Source of the DNA: Nemertoderma westbladi
Lineage: Eukaryota; Animalia; Xenacoelomorpha
Assembly (NCBI GenBank): GCA_032718475.1
Contig: JAUCBJ010008210.1
Location: forward strand, 1 to 35,013
Direction: 5' to 3'
DNA: 35,013 nt
Shown: positions 24,534-35,013 of the stretch, piece by piece
Layout: each line of letters begins with the position of its first letter
How positions within the stretch are numbered: position 1 is the first letter of the stretch
Program-made: the position numbers and the translations under genes
Notes under the pieces: model-generated
What the model was told of the DNA's origin: nothing
Databases searched by the model: none
What the model saw: only the letters and a program-made list of their open reading frames with translations

Positions 24534-26831
24534 TGAGGGTGAGACACCCTTCCCACACAAAATATAAAAAAATAATAAGCAAATAATAAAATAAGAAGTG
24601 AGATAGTAGAAAGTTAGAAAGTAATAGTAGTAGATAGTTAGATAGTACGTAAGTAGTTAGAAGTTAGGGAGTGTGGTATATAGACATACCACGAGAGTAG
24701 TAGTAGGATACATAGTACCGGAGTAGCAGGGTACATAGTACCGTAAGAGGAAGTACCGTGTTCAACCCCTTATCGGAAACGAACGCGGCGATGTCGTTGG
24801 AAGCAGCGCACTCGCACCACGAGGCACGCAAACGCCTCAAGTACAAAGACTGGATTCGCGAGGTAGAACTGGCGACATTTGTGCCCCTCATCATTTCTGC
24901 ATTAGGTGGGATGGCTACGGCAATGCGCCAGTTTGTGAAACGGCTGGCATACAAGCTGTCGGACCGCCGTGAAATCCGGTACTCCGACTGCGTTTCCTGG
25001 ATCTGGAGACAAATTAGTTTTGCGCTTCTGCGGTCCAGTCTGATGTGTCTTCGCGGGGCGCATTCCGCATCCAAGCGGCCAGTTCACCACGCGATATTGG
25101 ACACCTCCATACGGCTGGCGAACGCGGACACGGACTGCGGGGTTGCTGGGTAGTTCAGTTACCACTGACAGACTGCTGCTATGGACAGGATTAACAAATA
25201 ATATTAAAAATAGTTTGAATTTCCCCCGTAAATGATAAATGTATTGTGTAGTATATAATTGTTGGCATTTTGCTTTATTAAATTGACATACTGTAAGTAA
25301 AAAAAAAAACCGTAAGAGGAAGTAGTTAGAAGTTAGGGAGTGTGGTATATAGACATACCATGAGAATAGTAGCAGGGTACATAGTACCGTAAGAGTTAGA
25401 AGTTAGTAAGAGTAAGAGGAGAGTTAGAAGTTAGTAAGAGTAAGTGGAGAGTTAGAAGTTAGTAAGAGTAAGTGGAGAGTTAGAAATTAGTAAGAGTAAG
25501 AGGAGAGTTAGAAGTTAGAGAATAGGGAGTGTGGTATATAGACATACCATGAGAGTAGTAGTAGGGTACATAGTACCGTGAGAGTTAGAAGTTGTGGGCA
25601 CCGAGAGCACCACGTAGTAAGAGAGTAGAGGGTGTGGTATATAGGTATAGCATAGTAGCAGTAGGGTACATAGTACCATAAGAGTTAGAAGTTGTGGGCA
25701 CTGAGGGCGCCACGTAAGTAAGTAGGAAGGTAGATACAATAATAGCACAGGCAGGGGGGAACAAAAAAAAATAAAATAAAATAAATAAAATAAAGTTAGG
25801 GGAATATCGGCACGAAGGAAAGAACCAGGAAGGAGGAAGGCCATTACTGAACGAAACTTGTAACATCTTGTTTAACGGCACTCACTTAAATTGAGCCTTT
25901 GTAAGGCCCCACCCATTGGGTGAGCGCGGGAAAGTTCGTGATGGCGGAGAGGTTAGTAAGGAAGAGAAAGGCGGAGAGAGCATGAAACGGATGGGACCGA
26001 GAGTGACGGGTCATGTCACCTCCGAGAGAGGGGGGTTAAGATGCGTCACATAGACGAGCGTATAATATAACATATATAATATATAATTATGATAATGAAT
26101 TATTATGTATAACTCTTATGTATATTATATAACATATACCGTAGTCAAGTACAACCTTTTTCCAATTAGCTACTGGGACTGGGGACTAATTGACTAGAAC
26201 GGCAGGACGAGAGTTAGACGGATCCCACAAACATGATGCGCACATATGTGGGACCCAATAAGTGTATGGAGAATGAAAACGAGAATGGGGAATCGGGGGA
26301 AGTATGGAGAGGAGGTGTTGACACGTGAGGGAGTGAAAGGAGTGCAATTCAAGTATGGGGAGCGACCAGTGAGAGAGAAAGAGTCCCAAGGGACTGGAGA
26401 GAGAATAAGGGACGACGGGGTCCGTGAGAGAGAAAGTAAGGGACAAAGAAGTCCAAAAGTAAGATTAGGGTGAGGTTGTAGAAAATTGTGTGGAGAGAGA
26501 GCACAATTGTCTCAAACAGAGACGCCAGATACCTTGGTGCAACATTGCTCGCGATTGCACCAAGGAGGGGTAGTAATAACGTACCCAGGGGGGGGGGGGC
26601 GGTCTGGAAAGCCGACCCCGAGAAAAGAACTCCACCCCACACCCGATATTAGATTGGGTTTCAGCGGAATTGAAGCGCACTTAAGGTTGATGCTATCTTC
26701 TCACTGGGAAGATAGAATGGGGGGGAGTGTAAGCGGATTCAATTCCGATACATTATCCACCCAAAATGGGACCTGTGGCATTTTTCCAATATAGTTGGGG
26801 ATACGAGATTACCAATATTAATCTCGCCTCA
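24534..26831 (+). repeat. 3' LTR of the BEL/Pao element (right end uncertain, 26831 to ~27050)
   Basis: Starts TGagggtgaga after the PPT. Candidate end tctcgcctCA at 26831 is an imperfect inverted match to the start. Purine-rich, with internal micro- and minisatellites, and homologous to 19133-20024. Confidence 0.6.
24756..25309 (+). mobile_element. 5'-truncated CRE-like (restriction-like endonuclease) non-LTR retrotransposon
   Basis: VFNP...HEARKRLKY...EVELATFVPLIISALGGM...FVKRLA...ISFALLRSSLMCLRG matches the CRE-type endonuclease C-terminus. Stop at 25153, 3' UTR, A11 tail at 25299-25309, and TSD ccgtaagaggaagta at 24741-24755 and 25310-25324. Confidence 0.9.
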
Positions 26832-27900
26832 TAAGGCGACACAAGCCCTAAAGCCACAGAGAGAGGTGAGAGGTCAAACCACCTCGGAGGGAGAACAGCT
26901 AGTAGAGGCTAACAGCGGGGGGAAACACTCACAGGGAGTGCCAAAGTGACAATTAGTATATTCGCCAATAGCAGGGAGGGAAGCACGTGATTAGAGATAG
27001 GAAAGCATCCACTGGGTACAGAGGGCCAAGTACAGTAAGAGGTGAAACCAATATCTGTGTATATCAATCATATATTATTCTGCATTACTGATTTACCGGT
27101 CAGTTCATTAGTTACACAGTTGCAGACCGGTCATAGTTTATGACCGTCACCGCCACTAACATCACCAATTAATCTGTGTATTTTTTTCTGCTGTTACTGA
27201 TTTATCGTGATATCCATTACAAACTGATTGTGCTATTATCGTTCGGAGTATTAATATTGAGAAACAGAAACTCTATTATTTTCCCCGACGGCCTTTGATT
27301 GGCCGTGTAAATAGAAAGAAAATTGTGTAAAAAAAGTGTCGGACGTTTGTGAAATTTAAAAGAGTTTATTTAACACCAAATTTTCTTTACATGTAAGTAT
27401 GCACTACCACTTTGCAATAGCTTAATTGATGCAGTAATATATAACCTTGATATTGATACCGAAAACGTCAATTTATTCCGTGTACTTTAGAAATTATGAC
27501 GGATCATAAGCTGACTTAATTTTGAAGAATTATCTCAAAAAAAGATAATTTCATTCATTTTACTAAATCTGTACAAACGGCCCTAGTGATGACTTTTAAA
27601 TATAATATTCATAATCTATGATAAAAATGGCACCAGAAAGTGTATTCAGTGATAACAAATTATGCATTTTATTTTTTAACTTTTTTACCCGTTTCTTATG
27701 GAATTGACCGTATGTGTTATTATGTTAATATGTATTAATGATGGTACCGTTATCCCAGAAACAACACCCTCCGCCTGTTCTGCTTGTCTAATTTAAAATT
27801 GTATCATAAGAATAGGGAGAATCTTTTAGGCTCATTAAGCCAAGGAATGCCTGTTCACCACCACGTATGATCTTCCACAGTAAATCCTTCCACTCTGTTT

Positions 27901-28671
27901 ATATTTTATACACCTCTGGTTATAATATGTGTGGGATCAGCAATCAGTTGATGTGCCGGCAAGACATTTTATTTCGAAAATCAAATTGCGACAACAATTG
28001 TGGTGGAGTGATATTGGTAATAGCTCGAATGGTAACCTTTATTTTGTTTCACATTTTGGTGCAATACCGTACCTTGATACATTACGTAATCACATAATAA
28101 CTGCGCAAACGCATCTCACAGATTTGGTGTTCATCTCATCAGTTAGAAATTGAGCGTGGTCGTTGGTACAATGTAGAACGCTCTAACCGATTTTGTCAAA
28201 TGTGCAATAACAATAGTATAGAAGATGAGTTTCATTTCCTTTTAGATTTCCATTTCCGTTGAGAGTAAAATATCTTGGAAATTACTTCTCAAGGTACCAC
28301 ACCAAATTAAAATTATCCGAATTATATGCATGTTTATATAAAGACACTGCTAAAAAAAATGGTGAATCTAGGCTTATATAATATAATTGATGCATTGTTG
28401 AGAAGAAACACTTTATTAATTAATTAAGTGCTCGTTATAAATTCCAATTTCTAAATAATCGATATTATTATTATTATTATTATGGTTGAACGGTTTATTG
28501 TCTATATTTGAGCTCTGCCAGTGCCCTTCTGTTATATTATAATTCGGTTATTGCATTTAATAATGTATGAATTCATGTCTAATTTAAGTACTGTATACTG
28601 GAGTTGTGCAATTTTAAGTAGACCCTTAATTGGGTACAGTTAATTGATTCAATAAATGAAACATGAAAAAA
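27901..28671 (+). pseudogene. 3' fragment of a LINE (RTE-X/L2-like C-terminal zinc knuckle and 3' UTR)
   Basis: About 28134-28248 reads SHQLEIERGRWYNVERSNRFCQMCNNNSIEDEFHFLL; ends aataaatgaaacatgaaaaaa. Clade assignment is tentative. Confidence 0.8.
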
Positions 28672-28682
28672 TCAAGTTGAAC

Positions 28683-29800
28683 AGGAATGCCTGTTCACCA
28701 TCATGGTTGATCTTCCACAGTAAACCCTTCCACTCTGTTTCCTAAAGGAATGCCTGTTCACCATCATGGGTGATCTTCCACAGCGATCCCTTCCTCTCTG
28801 TTTCTTAAAGGAATGCCTGTTCACCAACAGGTATGATTTTCCACAGTAAACCCTTCCACTCGGTTTCTTAAAGGAATGCATGTTCACCAACAGGTATGAT
28901 TTTCCACAGTAATCCCTTCCACTCTGTTTCTTAAAGGAATGCCTGTTCACCAACAGGTATGATTTTCCACAGTAAACCCTTCCACTCGGTTTCCTAAGGA
29001 ATTCCTTTTCACCACCATGGGTGATCTTCCACAGTAAATCCTTCCACTCTGTTACCTAAAGGAATGCCTGTTCACCACCATGGGTGATTTTCCACAGTAA
29101 TCCCTTCCACTCTGTTTCCTAAAGGAATGCCTGTTCACCACCATGGGTGATCTTCCACAGCGATCCCTTCCACTCTGTTTCTTAAAGGAATGCCTGTTCA
29201 CCAACAGGTATGATTTTCCACAGTAATCCCTTCCACTCTGTTTCTTAAAGGAATGCCTGTTCACCAACAGGTATGATTTTCCACAGTAAACCCTTCCACT
29301 CGGTTTCCTAAGGAATTCCTTTTCACCACCATGGGTGATCTTCCACAGTAAATCCTTCCACTCTGTTACCTAAAGGAATGCCTGTTCACCACCATGGGTG
29401 ATCTTCCACAGTAATCCCTTCCACTCTGTTTCCTAAAGGAATGCCTGTTCACCATCATGGGTGATCTTCCACAGCGATCCCTTCCACTCTGTTTCTTAAA
29501 GGAATGCATGTTCACCAACAGGTATGATTTTCCACAGTAATCCCTTCCACTCTGTTTCTTAAAGGAATGCCTGTTCACCAACAGGTATGATTTTCCACAG
29601 TAAACCCTTCCACTCGGTTTCCTAAGGAATTCCTTTTCACCACCATGGGTGATCTTCCACAGTAAATCCTTCCACTCTGTTACCTAAAGGAATGCCTGTT
29701 CACCACCATGGGTGATCTTCCACAGTAAATCCTTCCACTCGGTTTCCTAAAGGATTTCCTGTTCACCACCATGGGTGATTTTCAACAGTAAACCCTTCTG
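28683..29800. repeat. 63-bp tandem array (~18 copies) with a 314-bp five-unit higher-order period; orphan unit at 27842-27900
   Basis: Unit aaaggaatgcctgttcaccaccatgggtgatcttccacagtaaatccttccactctgtttcct. Variant pattern recurs every 314 nt (ORF-track boundaries at 28953, 29267, 29581). Confidence 0.95.
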
Positions 29801-30520
29801 CTTCTCAAGTCAACGTGGCTTCCTCGTTATTTTCGACCAGTCAAAGAAAGGATGGAAGCCCGGGCTGTTCTATAAGGTTGTACAGCATTTGAAGAACTGT
29901 GCCAAAATATTACTGCTTCGTTTAGGGATCGAATCAAGGCCTCCTGATTTAACTACTACTACTACTACTAGGATCGGCATGCTGCATTGCAGCTGCATTT
30001 TTAAGAATGCTGTGCCGGTCAGGTATTCTAGGTCATTGATCAAGAAAACTTGCCACATCCATGCAGCATAAAGGAGGTGCCACCTGTAGCTGCATAGACC
30101 CTCTTACTAGGGCAAATCTGGTCCTGTAACTAGGACCCCCTTAGTTCTGGGATAAGGACGCCCTTGGTCCTGGATTAAGGACCCATATACTTCGCTGCAG
30201 GGGTATATGGCCTGGCCAGGCAGATGGTGATCTACCAATGGCTGGTCAGGAGTAGAGTGTTCTCATGTCCACTCTGAGTGCACTTCACTGCGACCTGCAC
30301 CTGGCAGCAGGGGTACAGGGCATGACCCAGCAGATGAGCTGCACAGCCAATGGTGGGTCATGTGCGCCAGAGTAGATATGGGTGATGGGCCTCATATCTG
30401 ACTCCACTGCGACACCCACCCTGTGGAATGGCAAACCAGGGTGTGGTATTTGCCCCGAGAGCTGACTTTTTTTTCCTGATTTAAAGCCAAGCCCAGTCAC
30501 CAGTAAAATAACCAAGCTGC
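29800..30520 (-). mobile_element. tRNA-derived SINE-like head, interrupted by an insertion
   Basis: Removing 29953-30484 gives minus-strand gcagcttggttattttactggtgactgggcttggctttaaatcaggaggccttgattcgatccc: degenerate A box, anticodon-like arm and B box (gattcgatcc). Followed by gcttccatcctt, reminiscent of conserved SINE central domains. Confidence 0.5.
29953..30473 (-). mobile_element. 521-bp GC-rich retroposed insert with (TAG)n end and 11-bp TSD
   Basis: tcctgatttaa at 29942-29952 and 30474-30484 flanks a GC-rich block that begins (cta)6 and ends in a T run. Orientation is inferred from the microsatellite tail. Confidence 0.7.
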
Positions 30521-30820
30521 TGCTACGATGATATTTTAGACAAATATTGCGTATACCAATTAATGTCATACCAAAATTGAGGACAATTACACCAAAAAAT
30601 TATATTACATCTATGTATTTAAATAATGTTACCCCAAAAAAAATATTCAACACCAAAAACAATAAAGCCACCCCAAAAACAATTATTCAAAACCAAAATA
30701 AATAAATGCTCCCCAAAACTAATTATTCACACCAAAATAAATAACAAATCCTTCAAAATAAATACAAATTTTCCCAAAACAATACAAATTTTCCCAAAAT
30801 AAATACATATTCCAACAAAA

Positions 30821-33800
30821 CGTCACCTTCAAGGCAGAACCCCCTAAGTCGATTTTTGTAGTTCTGAGATAATCGATAAAAACTGTTTATTTTTTAGAGA
30901 GATGCCTCAGTTTACTTGTTATTGTGTTTTTTGATAACTAAATATATATAGAATTCATATAATTAAACTTTCAATATGATTTAGAATTACCTTTGAAATA
31001 TATTGCGGTTTTTTTGTAAAAATTCTGACTTATGGTGTTTTGCCAAAACAAAGGGGAACACCGTTTTCTGGTATTATCCCGTAACTATACGATAGTTGCG
31101 GGGTATTTATTGCCTAGAAAACAAGGTATCCTCAATTTGGCAAAACACCATAAGTACGAATTTTTACAAAAAACACGCAAAATATATCAAATAATAGCCA
31201 AGGCGTATCGTACGTCCTTAATAATTTAGTGCGTAGTGCGCACGTAATACATGTGCGCATTTGTTATTAGCTAATAAGTGCTATCTAACATGTTAACTAG
31301 CACATGATCAGGTGTTAGTATTACCTGTAAACGCAATAATAACAAATAATCACATACAATATAGCTTAACACACTTGCGCACATGTTGGAAATTTTTGAA
31401 TTCAAAATCAAAGGGCTCCATAAGTTTTTGATATTTTGGTATAAATTGCTTCTAAAATAAGTACGGGACTGTAGTTAGAATCATGTATCAATACAAATTG
31501 AACAAAATGTAGCCAAATGCAGAACTATAAGAACAAAATTTAGATTCAAGAAAGCGGAACTCTAAGTACAAAATATAGCCATGTGTGGTACTCTACAGTA
31601 AGAACAAAGTCTAGCTACAGGGTTACAGCTACGTTAAAGTAAAGTTCACTTACAGTACGTCATGACGAATAATTAAAGACCTGTTTTTTCTACAGTACGT
31701 GGCAACATTTTGAGCAACTCTATCAGCAACTTAGTAAGCATTTCAGGTTGCCGATCAAGTTGCTCTATGTAAACGCGAACTTTGTTGCTGTTAAAGATGC
31801 CTCATATAACGGAGACTAAAAGTTAATGTTGCTCAAATTAAGTTGCTAGTTGCTGACCAAATTGTCCAAAACGTCCGGCAACCTAGAGTAACTTATAGCA
31901 ACTTGGACAAAAACATTAAATGAGGGATAGATATTTATCAGCGCCACAAACATTAAATGAGGGATAGATATTTATCAGCGCCACAAACATTAGTGTGGGA
32001 CAAACATTAATCAGGGTGACAAACATTAATGTGGGACATAAACATTGATGTAGGACACAAACAATAATGTGGGACATAAACATTGATATAGGACACAAAC
32101 ATTAATGTGGAACACAAACATTAATGAGGGACACAAACATTAATGAGGGACACAAATATTAATGAGGGACACAAACATTAATGAGCGACACAAACATTAA
32201 TGAGGGACACAAACAATAAACGAGGGACAGATATCAATCAAGGGCACAAACATTAATGAGGGACACAAACATTAATGAGGGACACTAACATTAATGAGGT
32301 ACACAAATATTAATGAGGGACACAAACATTAATGAGCGACACAAACATTAATGAGGGACACAAACAATAAACGAGGGACAGATATCAATCAAGGGCACAA
32401 ACATTAATGAGGGACACAAACATTAATGAGGGACACAAACATTAATGACGGACGCAAACATTAATGAGGTTCACAAACATTAATGAGGGACACAAACATT
32501 AATGAGGTTCACAAACATTAATGAGGGACACAAACATTAATGAGATACACAAACATTAATGAGGGACACAAACATTAATGAGGGACACAAACATTAATGA
32601 GGGACACAAACATTAATGAGGTTCACAAACATTAATGAGGGAAACAAACATTAATGAGGTTCACAAACATTAATGAGGGACACAAACATTAATGAGGTTC
32701 ACAAACATTAATGAGGGAACACAAACATTAATGAGGTACACAAACATTAATGAGGGACACAAACATTAATGAGGTACACAAACATTACTGAGGGACACAA
32801 ACATTAATGAGGTACACAAACATTAATGAGGGACACAAACATTAATGAGGGACACAAACAATAAACGAGGGACAGATATCAATCAAGGGCACAAACATTA
32901 ATCATGGGCACTATCGCCCTTCGCACTTAGTATGATTCATGTTACCACTCCATACACATACAATATATTACAGTATTACAATTCTCATTACTCTCAAGCA
33001 ATAAAATAACAACAATAAATAATAACATATTAATCTGACCAAACCAATAAACTACGTTATTGCCAATTGAAGGAAAGGATCAGGCTGCAGAGATGGTTTT
33101 TCTAACCAAAACAATAAACGATGTTGTTACTAAAAAGGGAAGGAGTAGGAGTAAAAAATGAACATGAGGGGGAGACAGGAATGGGGGAGGGGGGGGGGGG
33201 AGGGGGTAACATGAATGGTGGTGGTAGTAGGTAAATTGAAAATATGGGGGTATACCAGCCGGGGGGGGGGGGGGGGGGGTAGCAGAAAACAGGCAGCTGA
33301 ACAACGTAACCGAACATTGCTTTCAATTAATTTCCATCTAATTAGAAAGATGGAATGTATACAAAACGGCGGTACTTTGATCGATGCTCACGTTCCCATG
33401 GTAGTATTTTTTCCAGTTAATCACTTAATATCTAATCGTCTAATGGCAAACATCTCCATCGCTCATATTAATATCCATTGGCAACTATGGACCCCTGCCC
33501 TATTAATGTTTTGTGTCCCTCATTAATGTTTGTGTCCTGGCCGCAATACAAACCAGTATATAAATGATAAATTACGGGGTTTTGCCAGGCTATTGTTTCT
33601 GATTTAAGGGGTTTTACAGGTTGTTATTTCTGATTTAAGGGGTTTTGCCAGGTGGACTGAATTTCATATACTTGAATTTACGGTGTTTTGCAAGCCAATT
33701 ATTGACTTGGGGGGTTCTGCCTCGAAGTGGGCATAAGTTACGGGGAACTGTCTTTGGCTTATAACTCAAAAATGGCTGGTAGAAAAGCTTCGGGGTTCTG

Positions 33801-33893
33801 CCAGACGAAAAAGCCGATATCGAATTACCCAAAAAGTCAAAAACATGAAAATCGAAAAAAATCGACTTAGGGGGTTCTGCCTTGAAGGTGACG
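30821..33893. mobile_element. Non-autonomous DNA transposon with perfect 37-bp TIRs and a 4-bp AAAA TSD (Sola-like, tentative)
   Basis: cgtcaccttcaaggcagaaccccctaagtcgattttt (30821-30857) and its exact reverse complement (33857-33893). aaaa lies on both sides, and excision restores the host unit caaaataaatacatat. Confidence 0.85.
31905..32910. repeat. 19-bp minisatellite (acacaaacattaatgaggg), ~50 copies, with inverted copies at 33501-33538
   Basis: Tandem units seen directly; diverged at the left edge and homogeneous in the centre. Confidence 0.95.
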
Positions 33894-35013
33894 AAAATAA
33901 ATACATATTTTCCCGAAAATAAATACATATATTCCCCCAAAATAAATGCTTATTCCCCCAAAATAATCAATTATTCTACCAGCCCGTTCTGTACAAAACA
34001 AAGAGGTAAAGTCGCATTAGGTCCCAAAGAGCGTTTAGAGGAGCAGGTTAATAAAGGAGCAGTTTACATACAGAGGCGTGTTGGGGGGAACCAAAACAAT
34101 AAACGAAAATTAACACATGTTACAAGATTACTGTACGTATGCAGTTCTTTATAATTGGGTCTTTGGTTTTTATTTTGTACTCACCCGAGGATCGTCGGTA
34201 TAATATGATTACACATGTTGTTTGATTTATGAAAATACAGTAAATAAGGAATGAATTTGTATAAATAAATTTTCCATAAAATATTCGGTGCTGGAAGAAT
34301 TGTTTTTGGTTGACAAGTAATTATTTTAGGGAGATTGAATATATAATTGCTTTTGGGGGATGAATAATCGTTTTTGGGGAATGAATAATTGTTATTGGGG
34401 AATGAATAATTGTTTTTGGGGAATGAATAATTGTTTTTGGGGGATGAAGAATTGTGTTTGGGGGAATTAATAATTGTTTTGGGGGAATGAATAATTGTTT
34501 TAGGGGTATGAATAATGTTTATTTTTTTTTTTTTGGGGGGGGGGGGGGGGGTGGTATTTGTTTTTGGGCATGAATAATTGTTTGTTTTTTTTGGGGGGGG
34601 GGGGGGGGGGGTGGGGGGCGGTAATTGTTTTTGGGTATGAATAATTGTTTTGAGGGAATGAATAATTGTTTTTGGGGGATAAAGAATTGTATTTGGGGGA
34701 ATCAATAATTAATTTTGGGGGATAAATAATTGTTTTAGGGGTATGAATAATTTTTTTTGGGGGGGGGGGGGGGGGAATAATTGTTTTTGGGGATGAATAA
34801 TTGTTGTTTTACAATTGCAGTTTACAATACATTGTTTTACTGCAAACGAAGTATGTTGTATTAAGTATAGTAATTAAAACAAAGTGCTTCATTATGATTC
34901 CCCTTAATATTCATGTCGGGTTTACTGCATTATCTCCAATATTGTTATCTAACAAAATCAAATATCAGCTGGCAGAAATGTAAACAGTGATTTCCCGTAC
35001 AAAGTTTTTTTTA

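Larger units (their letters stand above)
18278..27710. mobile_element. Non-autonomous TIR DNA transposon split by the nested LTR element
   Basis: TA|tggtcaattccat (18276-18290) and atggaattgaccg|TA (27698-27712) form a 13-bp TIR with 1 mismatch and a TA duplication. Motif gtgtcggacgtt recurs several times in the left arm and again at ~27337 in the right arm. Both flanks are the same tatg-rich sequence. Confidence 0.7.
30580..34810. mobile_element. Foldback-like element with inverted ~20-21-bp subterminal arrays
   Basis: ccccaaaaacaattattc-type units at 30590-30820 and 33894-33978; reverse-complement gaataattgtttttgggg units at ~34300-34810. Confidence 0.65.

Noticed and set aside
20258-25165. 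Minus-strand ORFs over the retroelement region
   Set aside because: They are antisense shadows of the pol and CRE coding sequence with no recognisable motifs.
28672-29581. 21-aa repeat protein on the minus strand
   Set aside because: The frame is broken every 314 nt and no convincing start or splice signals were seen; treated as non-coding.
30400-30473. HDV-like ribozyme at the end of the 521-bp insert
   Set aside because: I could not build a consistent P1/P2/P3 double pseudoknot by hand.
33080-34705. Proline-rich ORFs
   Set aside because: They arise from poly-G runs and 21-bp repeats, and homopolymer lengths may also be sequencing-dependent.

Overview
AT-rich eukaryotic (invertebrate-type animal) genomic DNA made almost entirely of nested repeats. 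The only host gene piece I can support is the last coding exon of a class A (rhodopsin-like) GPCR at 1349-1688. The rest includes: a piggyBac-like right end; a decayed Penelope GIY-YIG fragment with a degenerate hammerhead-ribozyme motif; Helentron/DINE-like pieces; LINE relics; a P-element/THAP9-type transposase pseudogene; a 4.4-kb 36-38-bp satellite; and a TIR element (18278-27710) hosting a rearranged BEL/Pao LTR retrotransposon. That BEL element carries an ~880-bp Penelope-type RT fragment between two copies of a ~730-bp duplication of its own pol, with both junctions in frame once a -13/+1 indel pair is undone. It also has a 5'-truncated CRE-like retroposon with poly(A) and a 15-bp TSD in its 3' LTR. 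Further right are a 63-bp array next to a tRNA-like SINE head (split by an insertion with an 11-bp TSD) and a three-level nest of TIR/foldback elements. No prokaryotic genes or CRISPR array are present. Family assignments come from motif recognition by eye, not from database searches.
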